Part shown: positions 32,802 through 40,000 of the stretch, piece after piece
Position numbering within the stretch: the first letter of the stretch is position 1
Layout of the letters: each line of letters opens with the position of its first letter
Made by a program: the position numbers and the translations under genes
NCBI GenBank assembly: GCA_028874675.1
Contig: JAPPJA010000038.1
Location: 1-40,000 of the forward strand
Direction of reading: 5' to 3'
Source: Chloroflexota bacterium
GTDB lineage: Bacteria; Chloroflexota; Dehalococcoidia; Lucifugimonadales; UBA3495
DNA: 40,000 bases
The notes under the pieces: generated by a model
What the model was told of the DNA's origin: nothing
Databases searched by the model: none
The model's input: only the letters and a program-made list of their open reading frames with translations

Positions 32802-34160
32802 TTGACAGACAGTTCGGCACAAAACACCTGGACCGCAACCCTGGGGCAACTGGAGATGGAGTTGCCCAGAGCTACCTTTGACACCTGGCTGAAAGACACC
32901 GAGGGCCTGGCCTTCGATGGCATGGACCTGCTGGTCCAGGTGCCCAGCGTCTTTACCATCGCCTGGCTGGAACAGCGCATGTACCAGACCATCCTCCGGG
33001 CCCTGCGCCAGTCCTCGGGAGAGCCGCTGGACGTGCGGTTCCGGGTGCCCTCCGAGATGGGCGAGGAAGAGGCCGATCCGCCCTCTGCCGGCGGGACAGC
33101 CAATGGCAGCGGAAGTCCCGCGCCGCCGGTCCCCATGAACGCCGGGGTCAACTTCGACCGCAAGTACTCCTTCAACAACTTCGTGGTTGGAACGTCCAAC
33201 CGCATGGCCTTCAGCGCGGCCCAGGCGGTGGCCGACGCCCCGGGCCAGGCCTACAACCCCCTGTTCCTCTACTCGGGCGTGGGCCTGGGCAAAACCCACC
33301 TGCTGCACGCCATCGGGCAGGAGGCGGCCCGCAACGGCCACAGCGTCCTCTACGTCTCCTCGGAGCAGTTCACCAACGACTTTATCTCCGCCATCCGCAA
33401 CCGCACCACCGAGGAGTTCCGGCAGCGTTACCGCAGCGTTCAGGTGCTGCTCATTGACGATGTCCAGTTCATGAGCGGCAAGGAGCAGACCCAGGAAGGG
33501 TTCTTCCACACCTTCAACGACCTGCACACGGCCGGCTACCAGATTGTCCTCACCTCGGACCGGCCCCCCAAGGCCCTGGCGCTGCTGGAGGACCGGCTCC
33601 GGTCCCGCTTCGAGTGGGGCCTCATCGCCGACATCCAGCCACCGGACCTGGAAACCCGCATGGCCATTCTCTCCTCCAAAGCGGACCAGCTGAAGACCAT
33701 TGTCGAGGAGAGTGTGCTGGAGCTGATTGCCAAGCGGGTGCAGAAGAACGTGCGGGAACTGGAGGGCAGCCTGAACCGGGTGGTTGCCTATTCCCAGCTG
33801 ATGAGCATTCCCGTCACCCTGGAGTCCACCTCCCGCCTGCTGGACGACCTGACCCACGACATTGCGCGGCATGCCATTGACCGCGAGAAAATTCTGGACG
33901 AGGTGTCCCGCCATTACAAGGTGTCAACCGCCGACCTGCTGGGCCGCAGCCGCAGCAAGAACATTGCCCTGGCTCGCCAGGTGGCAATGTACCTGCTGAT
34001 CTACGAGCTGGAGCTTTCCCCTACCGAGGTGGGGCGCCTCCTGGGCAACCGGGACCACTCCACCGTCATCCACGGAGCCGGCAAGATCAACGGGGAGATC
34101 AACGAGGACTACCACCTCCGCCAGAATGTGCTTACCATCAAGGAAGCCATTTTCACCTGA
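32802..34160 (+). CDS. dnaA: Chromosomal replication initiator DnaA (start uncertain: TTG 32802, TTG ~32727 or GTG 32667)
   Basis: GVGLGKTHLLHAIG Walker A, LLIDDVQF, the RSRFEWGL sensor and the C-terminal DNA-binding helix (DHSTVIHG). The N-terminus NTWTATLGQLEMELPRATFDTWL fits domain I, so the start must lie at or before 32802. Confidence 0.93.
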   Translation: MTDSSAQNTWTATLGQLEMELPRATFDTWLKDTEGLAFDGMDLLVQVPSVFTIAWLEQRMYQTILRALRQSSGEPLDVRFRVPSEMGEEEADPPSAGGTANGSGSPAPPVPMNAGVNFDRKYSFNNFVVGTSNRMAFSAAQAVADAPGQAYNPLFLYSGVGLGKTHLLHAIGQEAARNGHSVLYVSSEQFTNDFISAIRNRTTEEFRQRYRSVQVLLIDDVQFMSGKEQTQEGFFHTFNDLHTAGYQIVLTSDRPPKALALLEDRLRSRFEWGLIADIQPPDLETRMAILSSKADQLKTIVEESVLELIAKRVQKNVRELEGSLNRVVAYSQLMSIPVTLESTSRLLDDLTHDIARHAIDREKILDEVSRHYKVSTADLLGRSRSKNIALARQVAMYLLIYELELSPTEVGRLLGNRDHSTVIHGAGKINGEINEDYHLRQNVLTIKEAIFT

Positions 34161-34261
34161 TCTTTCGGCCCGCCCAACATTATCCCTTAGGCCATACAGA
34201 CGGCCCTTCCCGGCGCCATGGCCATTGTGGGGCCCAATGTTGCCCGATGCCGTTTACCCGT

Positions 34262-34540
34262 TAATCGTGGATAACTCCCGGTAAACTGTGGATAAACTGT
34301 TCTAATCCGGGGATAACCCTTCACAGCCCGTTAATTTCCAGGCATGGGTCCGTGGACAGAATTTTCAGGGCTAATCCCATATAGATAATGTCCACAAACA
34401 GCCCCAACTTATCCACATATCTGACCTGGGTCCTCCCCATTCCATACCAGCATGTCAACCTGCTGATCGTATCTCCGTCAACCTGGTCGTCCACTTATCT
34501 ACGGCTTTATTATTCCTGTTATCTAATCTACAATTGACCC
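34262..34540. promoter_or_regulatory. Candidate oriC: DnaA-box cluster plus AT-rich segment
   Basis: Perfect boxes are TGTGGATAA at 34287-34295 and TTATCCACA at 34409-34417. Near-boxes are at 34266-34274 (cgtggataa), 34308-34316, 34351-34359, 34388-34396 and ~34488. The AT-rich stretch 34500-34535 lies directly downstream of dnaA. Confidence 0.75.
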
Positions 34541-35863
34541 ATGATAGATACAGTCAGACTTAACATTAAAGCCGGGGACGGGGGCAACGGGTGCGTCAGC
34601 TTCCTAAGGGAAAAGTTTCGGCCCAAGGGCGGCCCCAACGGCGGCGATGGCGGAAACGGGGGCAATGCCTACGTGGTTGGCGATGGCTCCCTGAACACCC
34701 TCCTGCACCTGAAATACAACAGCACCATGTATGTTGATCGGGGTGGCCACGGCAAGGGAAAGGGCCAGCGCGGCGGCAATGGTGAGGATACTCACATCAA
34801 GGTCCCTCTGGGTACGGTGGTGTGGCGGATGCTGAAGGGCGGCGAGAAAGAATTCCTTACCGACGTTACCGATGATACTCCCCGGATAGTCGCCCAGGGT
34901 GGAGCTGGCGGGTGGGGCAATGCCCACTACGTTTCCCCCACCAACCAGGAACCGATGCTGTCCCAGCGCGGAGAACGGGGCGAATACGTGGTCCTGTTCC
35001 TCGAATTAAAGCTGCTGGCCGATGTGGGACTGCTGGCCAGGCCCAATGCCGGCAAGTCCACCCTGATATCCCGCTGTTCCGCGGCCAAGCCCCGCATCGC
35101 TGACTACCCATTCACCACGGTGGAGCCGGTGCTGGGTGTGGTAAGTACCCATGGCCAGGACTTCGTGATGATGGAAGTCCCAGGCCTCCTGGAGGGCGCC
35201 CACGAGGGTGTAGGACTGGGCGACCAGTTTCTGCGCCACGCCGAGCGGGCCCGCCTGTACGTCCATGTTCTGGACGGCCTCTCTGAGGACCCGGTGGCGG
35301 ACTTCCACATGATTAACCGGGAACTGCAGGAGTTCAACCCGGCCCTGGCCCACAAGCCCCAGGTAATCGCCGTAAACAAGATGGATGTCACCGAGGTACA
35401 GGAACGGAGAGAAGAGCTGGCAGTGTCCCTCAAGGAGGCAGCCGCAGAATCGCCGGTACTGCCAAACGGTTCCGATACCCCGGTGTTCTTCATTTCGGCG
35501 GTCAGCGGCGAAGGGGTCGAGCCCATGCTGGGGCAGGTAATCGAAATCATGGAGCGCGTCTCGCAGGCCGAAGCTGAAGCTGCCAAAGATGCCGAACCTG
35601 TGGTGGAAGGGGCGCCCACTGGGCCGGACCGGCGGCGCGCCCCCGCCGAGCCCATCACCTTCTACAAGGACCGCGGCGTTTACGTCATCAAGTCCGAGCA
35701 GCTGGAACGCCTCAGTGCCCTGGCGGATACCAGGGACTACCGGGTGCTGCTCCAGCTGTGGCGGGAAATGACCCGCCTGGGAATTGCCCGCCGCCTTGAA
35801 GAGGCCGGCATCGAGCCGGGAGACACCATCCGTATCGGCCGGGCGGAGATGGAATGGTTCTGA
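34541..35863 (+). CDS. obg: GTPase Obg/CgtA
   Basis: Glycine-rich Obg fold (GGNGCVSFLREKFRPKGGPNGGDGGNGG), G domain (GLLARPNAGKST, NKMD) and a C-terminal OCT-like domain. Confidence 0.95.
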   Translation: MIDTVRLNIKAGDGGNGCVSFLREKFRPKGGPNGGDGGNGGNAYVVGDGSLNTLLHLKYNSTMYVDRGGHGKGKGQRGGNGEDTHIKVPLGTVVWRMLKGGEKEFLTDVTDDTPRIVAQGGAGGWGNAHYVSPTNQEPMLSQRGERGEYVVLFLELKLLADVGLLARPNAGKSTLISRCSAAKPRIADYPFTTVEPVLGVVSTHGQDFVMMEVPGLLEGAHEGVGLGDQFLRHAERARLYVHVLDGLSEDPVADFHMINRELQEFNPALAHKPQVIAVNKMDVTEVQERREELAVSLKEAAAESPVLPNGSDTPVFFISAVSGEGVEPMLGQVIEIMERVSQAEAEAAKDAEPVVEGAPTGPDRRRAPAEPITFYKDRGVYVIKSEQLERLSALADTRDYRVLLQLWREMTRLGIARRLEEAGIEPGDTIRIGRAEMEWF

Positions 35864-35900
35864 TATCTGAAAGTGACTCTTTTATCCCAGGGGTATAGTT

Positions 35901-36341
35901 ATGAGTCTGCCAAGGGAAACGGGAATGTCCCCACAGAAACAGGTAATTACCGACGGACTGGTCCTGCCCGGCACTACCGTTGGAGGGGAAGTGGGAGCAT
36001 TTCACGTCGACTTTACCCTGCGGAGTGGAGACGGAACTCGCTCTATTGATTTGAACGGCCTGGCAGATACCGGCGCGTCCTATACCCTGATTCCGGCGGG
36101 CCTGCTGGATGACCTGGGGGTAGCCAGGAGGGAAACGCTGATGTTCAGGCTGGCCGATGGCTCGGCCAAGGAGTTTGACGTCGGGTTGGCGGAAATGGAA
36201 CTGGAAGATCGCACCAACCCCGTTCAAGTCGTCTTCGGGCCGGAAAACCGGATTCTGCTGGGCGCTATGGCCCTGGAAGCCTTTGCCCTTGCCGCCGACT
36301 CCAGGAACCGCCGCCTCATTCCCGCCGACTTGACGCTGTAG
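35901..36341 (+). CDS. Retropepsin-like (clan AA) aspartic protease
   Basis: ADTGAS active-site motif within LNGLADTGASYTLIP. ~146 aa single-lobe size, with a C-terminal ILLGAMALEAF motif typical of this family. Start may be at the internal ATG (MSPQKQ). Confidence 0.75.
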   Translation: MSLPRETGMSPQKQVITDGLVLPGTTVGGEVGAFHVDFTLRSGDGTRSIDLNGLADTGASYTLIPAGLLDDLGVARRETLMFRLADGSAKEFDVGLAEMELEDRTNPVQVVFGPENRILLGAMALEAFALAADSRNRRLIPADLTL

Positions 36342-36349
36342 GGGGATAG

Positions 36350-36595
36350 ATGGACATCTACCAGTTGGACTACATTCTCCACGAACCAACGGAAAGCCAA
36401 GGCTGGATGTACCTGGCCGAGGCCCCAGCCTTGCAGGGCTGCATGGCCTGGGGAACCACCCCGGCGGAGACCCTTTGGGAACTGGTCGACGTAGCGCGTA
36501 TGCTGATTGAACTTCACAAAGAAAACGGGGAGCCGCTGCCCGAGGAGCTCATTCCGCAGGGCAGCCACCAAGGTAAGCTGACGGTAACTGCGTGA
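36350..36595 (+). CDS. hicB: HicB-family antitoxin (short form, no obvious DNA-binding domain)
   Basis: GWMYLAEAPALQGCMAWGTTPAETLWEL matches the HicB/UPF0150 N-terminal domain. Lies 8 nt after the protease stop and overlaps hicA by 4 nt. Confidence 0.8.
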   Translation: MDIYQLDYILHEPTESQGWMYLAEAPALQGCMAWGTTPAETLWELVDVARMLIELHKENGEPLPEELIPQGSHQGKLTVTA

Positions 36596-36801
36596 CCTAC
36601 GGGGAACTGCGGCTGAAACTGGAAAATCTGGGCTGCAGATTTCAGCGTCAAGGTCGGGGTTCCCACGAAATTTGGCTTAACCCCGCCAACGGGCAGCAGT
36701 CGCCGGTACCCAGACACGGGAACTTGGACCTGGCTACCGGAACCCTGCACCAAATCCGCCGAAACCTGGGAATTTCCCGTTCAGACGTCTACCAGGCGTA
36801 A
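36592..36801 (+). CDS. hicA: HicA-family mRNA interferase toxin
   Basis: LENLGCRFQRQGRGSHEIW...VPRHGNLDLATGTLHQIRRNLGIS matches HicA. GTG start in a GTGA overlap with the hicB stop. Confidence 0.85.
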   Translation: MTYGELRLKLENLGCRFQRQGRGSHEIWLNPANGQQSPVPRHGNLDLATGTLHQIRRNLGISRSDVYQA

Positions 36802-36913
36802 CTTCATAGGGCATGGTTCCAGGCAGATACAAGGCAAGAATGAAAAGCCGAGAGCTACGGGTCAACCCGGACCGGACGGCCCCACTCCCAACTCACAGTT
36901 TTTAGCTACACAT

Positions 36914-37561
36914 ATGCGCATTGGGATACTTGGCGGCACCTTTGATCCCATCCACCTGGGGCACCTGCTTATCGCGGAGGAAAGCCGCGTAAGCCTGGGC
37001 CTGGACCAGGTATTGTTCGTACCCGCCGGCCGTCCGTGGCTTAAGGAGGGCCAGCCCCTCACCGAAGCCTGTCACCGCCTGAAAATGGTTGAGTTGGCAA
37101 TCTCCTCCAACCCCCACTACCGGGTCATTCGCAACGAGATTGAACGCCCCGGCCTCAGCTATACGGTGGACACCCTGGTAGAACTGCGGGAAGAACTGCA
37201 GGACAAACTCTCCGGAGACGCCGAGCTGTTCTTCATCCTGGGCCTGGACGCCTTTGAAAGTTTCCACCGCTGGAAGGAGCCCGAGCGCATACTGCAACTC
37301 TGCCGGCTGGCGGTGGTGAGCCGCCCCGGCTACGGGGACGAGGAACAGGACCGGCTGCTGGCCAACTACCGGGATCAGGGCGACCGAATCTGTGTTCTGC
37401 CCGTCCACAACGTTGACTTCAGCGCCACCGAGATTAGGCGGCGGGCCGCCGCAGGCATCTCCTTCCGGTACCAGGTTCCGGAGGGGGTGGAGGCCTACAT
37501 CATGGAACAGGGGCTGTACCCGCCAGCGTCCCCAGGGTGGTGTCGGGGAAGCGGCTTGTGA
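36914..37561 (+). CDS. nadD: Nicotinate-nucleotide adenylyltransferase
   Basis: GILGGTFDPIHLGHL (H/TxGH motif) and a SATEIRRR-type motif near the C-terminus. Confidence 0.93.
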   Translation: MRIGILGGTFDPIHLGHLLIAEESRVSLGLDQVLFVPAGRPWLKEGQPLTEACHRLKMVELAISSNPHYRVIRNEIERPGLSYTVDTLVELREELQDKLSGDAELFFILGLDAFESFHRWKEPERILQLCRLAVVSRPGYGDEEQDRLLANYRDQGDRICVLPVHNVDFSATEIRRRAAAGISFRYQVPEGVEAYIMEQGLYPPASPGWCRGSGL

Positions 37562-37599
37562 TGCTTGAAACATGAGGAACCTTGACTACAGCCGGCGAG

Positions 37600-37619
37600 G
37601 TTCCCGCCTTCGCGGGAAC
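37600..37619. repeat. REP-like hairpin gttcccgc-cttc-gcgggaac
   Basis: 8-bp perfect stem 39 nt after the nadD stop. No U-tract follows. Confidence 0.55.
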
Positions 37620-37704
37620 GACGAAATGGTACGCTGGGAAACTACAATCTTCAGTTTGACGACAACCCATAGCCCCCGTATTTCCTGACGAGGGAGGAAC
37701 CCGA

Positions 37705-38277
37705 TTGCGAGAACTGTCTGAACGACTGCTGGCCCTGGCCCTGGATATGGGCGCCCTTCGTTACGGTGACTTCACCCTTACGTCGGGAAAGAAAAGCTCC
37801 TACTACTTCGACGGACGCCTGTTGAGCCTGGACCCGGAGGGCTCTTACCTGGCGGGGCGGGCCTTGCTGCCGCTGGTGCGGGACGCCGGCGCCGAGGCCA
37901 TCGGCGGCCCCACCCTGGGCGCCGATCCCCTGGTGGCGGCCGTGGCCCTGTGCAGCCACCTGGAAGCGGAGTCCGGCGGCGTTCCGGTACCGGCCTTCAT
38001 CGTCCGCAAGGAGGCCAAGAGCCACGGCATGGGCAATGCGGTGGAGGGCCACCTGAAAGCCGGAGCCAAGGTGGCCGTGGTTGACGATACCTGTACCACC
38101 GGCGGCTCGCTGTTCCTGGCCATAGAAGCGGCGGAAGCGGCAGGGTGCAGCGTGGTCAAGGTTCTGGCCATCCTGGACCGGAACGAGGGCGGCAGCGAGG
38201 AACTGCGGCGGCGCGGCTACGACTTCGAGTCGCTGCTGGTGGCCAACAGCAGTGGTGAAGTGGAAGTGGTGGAGTAG
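37705..38277 (+). CDS. pyrE: Orotate phosphoribosyltransferase
   Basis: GDFTLTSGKKSSYYFD and the PRPP-binding loop VAVVDDTCTTGGS. GGAGG lies 7 nt before TTG 37705. Confidence 0.93.
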   Translation: MRELSERLLALALDMGALRYGDFTLTSGKKSSYYFDGRLLSLDPEGSYLAGRALLPLVRDAGAEAIGGPTLGADPLVAAVALCSHLEAESGGVPVPAFIVRKEAKSHGMGNAVEGHLKAGAKVAVVDDTCTTGGSLFLAIEAAEAAGCSVVKVLAILDRNEGGSEELRRRGYDFESLLVANSSGEVEVVE

Positions 38278-38350
38278 GGCAGCCCGGGGAGTAGGTTTGT
38301 TTCCTTTTTCACCGTATATGGTTCCAACCCCTGGCTGGCGTTAAGGATTC

Positions 38351-38407
38351 TTGGCCCTGCGGCATGCTCAGGGCGACACGAGTGATGTTCGGAAGGAACG
38401 GCCGGTA
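38351..38407 (+). repeat. Intergenic repeat copy 1 (core tcagggcgacacgagtgatgttcgga)
   Basis: About 70% identity by eye to 38593-38650. Confidence 0.5.
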
Positions 38408-38592
38408 TGGTGGTTTAGCTGCGATATAACCGGTATATTCGGACCAGGGTTGAACAGAAACTTCGGGGGCGGGTCATTGGCCCGCCCCCTGCTGGTTTCC
38501 CCGGGTTTACAGATTGATGAGAGTGGCTATTCCTCGAACCACATGGAGCTGACGCGGATGGTGGGGTCGAGGCGCGGCTGGGGTTGGGGATT

Positions 38593-38650
38593 TTGGGCGC
38601 TTCGGCAGGATCAGGGCGACGTGATTGATGTTCAGGAACAACCCTGTCGG
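38593..38650 (+). repeat. Intergenic repeat copy 2 (core tcagggcgacgtgattgatgttcagga)
   Basis: Partner of 38351-38407. A 9-bp-stem hairpin gggggcggg/cccgccccc lies between the copies at 38465-38489. Confidence 0.5.
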
Positions 38651-38772
38651 CTGTAAGCGGTAATGCGCTTTGGCTGGCCCTTTCCTGGAAGATACATGGG
38701 GCCCTGAAGGCTGACGGGGGTTCTCCCGGAACACCATTCAGGATCTACCAACAGAGGACCTGCCAAAAGGAT

Positions 38773-39906
38773 CTACCAAACGGAATCGTGAAGTACTTGC
38801 GTCATCCTTTTATTTGTCACCTTATTTTTCACAGCAATTCTCAGCGCCTTCGGCCCCAGCCATGGAGTGGTCGCAGATGGATCCCGCAAAAAGAGACCTT
38901 GTTGCTTGCAGCGCTCCAGCAGCTCGGCCTTGGAACAGGATTCTTCCGGCAGGTAGAAGAGGAGAAAGTTTGCCGCGCCAGGCACAATCCTGGCGACTGG
39001 GAGTGAGGTCAGATCCCCAGCGAGTTCACGCCTGAGAAGCATCGTCTCGTGATATCGTTCCTGATAATACTCAACGTCCTGAAGCGCGGCGACCGCGGCT
39101 ACCTGACCAGGCAGGCTGACCGCCCAGGGCGGGTTCAACTGGAGCAGGGGACCAATTACCTGAGGATGACCACAGAGGTATCCTACTCGGAGGCCGCTCA
39201 GGGCATAAGCCTTGGACATGGATTTGCAAACAATCACATTGGCGCTGGAAGCAGCGTAACTCTCCAGAGACTCGGCTGGCCTGACGTAATCGATATAGGC
39301 CTCGTCAATCCAAACCATAGTGGACTGGGGGGCGCAGTCCAGGAAATTCTCCAATTCCTTTCGGGCTATGTGCCTTCCGGTGGGGTTGTTGGGGTTGACC
39401 AGCACCAAAAGGTCGTAACCCATGGAAAGCTGGTCAGCCAGCTTGTCCAAGTCCACTTGGAAGTCCTCATCGGGGTTGAGCGGGAAACGGTCCACTTGGC
39501 AACCGATGATTCTGTCACAGATATGGGCATATTCACCGTAAGTAGGGTCGAGAAGAAGAACCCTGCTAGAGGCGTTCAACCATTCTCGCAGGGCCAGGAA
39601 CATAAGGGTGGATGACCCTGCCCCGGCGAGAATCGATTCCGGAGGCAGGGCTCGGCAGCGGGCAATGGTGGCGACCAGCCCTTCGCAGTTGGTAGGCGGG
39701 GAGGTTCTGGCAATCCAGGGAAGGTATTCCTGCAACTGATGGACTACTCTTGGAGAGGGTGGAAACCAGGCGTCGAGCACGTCGGCATTGATTATCTCCG
39801 CACCCCGCTGCAGGTTTTCAAACTCCACGCCCACGGCATCAAAGAAAGCCCCCCCATGGAAGCAGACGTCCTGAAATGTATCGTTTTGCCTCAAATCATG
39901 CCTCAC
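38773..39906 (-). CDS. Class I/II PLP-dependent aminotransferase (HisC / CobD-like)
   Basis: NPNNPTG, DEAYIDY and SMSKAYALSGLRVGY (PLP lysine) motifs. GC content is visibly lower than in neighbouring genes. Confidence 0.85.
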   Translation of the reverse strand: MRHDLRQNDTFQDVCFHGGAFFDAVGVEFENLQRGAEIINADVLDAWFPPSPRVVHQLQEYLPWIARTSPPTNCEGLVATIARCRALPPESILAGAGSSTLMFLALREWLNASSRVLLLDPTYGEYAHICDRIIGCQVDRFPLNPDEDFQVDLDKLADQLSMGYDLLVLVNPNNPTGRHIARKELENFLDCAPQSTMVWIDEAYIDYVRPAESLESYAASSANVIVCKSMSKAYALSGLRVGYLCGHPQVIGPLLQLNPPWAVSLPGQVAAVAALQDVEYYQERYHETMLLRRELAGDLTSLPVARIVPGAANFLLFYLPEESCSKAELLERCKQQGLFLRDPSATTPWLGPKALRIAVKNKVTNKRMTQVLHDSVW

Positions 39907-40000
39907 TTCCCGAGCTCACCTGCGCAGTGGTCTTGTCCTCAACCCATTCGGAGACCCGGATTCATTACTGATTCTCATTCCCCTGGCACATGGTTCCAGC

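Noticed and set aside
38741-38779. 11-bp direct repeat ggatctaccaa (38741-38751 and 38769-38779) overlapping the aminotransferase stop, as a possible third gene-end duplication.
   Set aside because: Too short to distinguish from chance, and nothing is inserted between the copies.
1-40000. Scan for rRNA, tRNA (GGTTCGAATCC-type T-loops), tmRNA, integrase/transposase motifs, reverse transcriptase or cas-like genes.
   Set aside because: None was recognised by eye in either strand. This is a negative result from manual inspection only and should be confirmed with tRNAscan-SE, Infernal and HMM searches.

Overview
High-GC (roughly 60-65% by eye) bacterial chromosomal window that spans the replication-origin region (dnaA plus a DnaA-box cluster). 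Most genes are housekeeping: pdxS/pdxT, tmk, secD/secF, cca, def, priA, rplS, ppk2, a Nudix hydrolase, a GcvT/YgfZ-like protein, an S9A peptidase, dnaA, obg, nadD, pyrE and a class I/II aminotransferase. The style of the intergenic repeats is reminiscent of Chloroflexota-type genomes, but taxonomy cannot be established from this window.

The first 6.6 kb is an HK97-type phage morphogenesis cluster: prohead protease, major capsid, gp6-like connector, two small structural ORFs and a 681 aa tail-tip-like ORF. No tape measure, lysis or integrase gene is in view. Chromosomal-type repeat elements sit in its intergenic gaps.

Four small accessory islets interrupt housekeeping neighbourhoods, and each carries toxin-antitoxin or HEPN-like small genes:
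1. An ech-secF hotspot holds two solo HEPN-like genes and a higBA pair. They are interleaved with three copies of the secF 3' end and a duplicated ech 5' end.
2. A 694-bp tandem pair of mosaic PaREP1/HEPN-like genes lies between priA and def.
3. An orphan antitoxin-like gene is bracketed by 46-bp direct repeats of the ptrB 3' end.
4. A retropepsin-like protease-hicB-hicA operon lies between obg and nadD.

A SelW/Rdx-type selenoprotein gene with an in-frame TGA (CxxU motif) is split by the ORF track. There are several dispersed repeat families. The most notable is a set of 10-bp-periodic CACGAAT arrays with DnaA-box-like heads, placed just after stop codons. No rRNA, tRNA, CRISPR array, integrase or transposase was recognised. 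Most long ORFs lying antisense to recognisable genes are GC-driven shadow ORFs.
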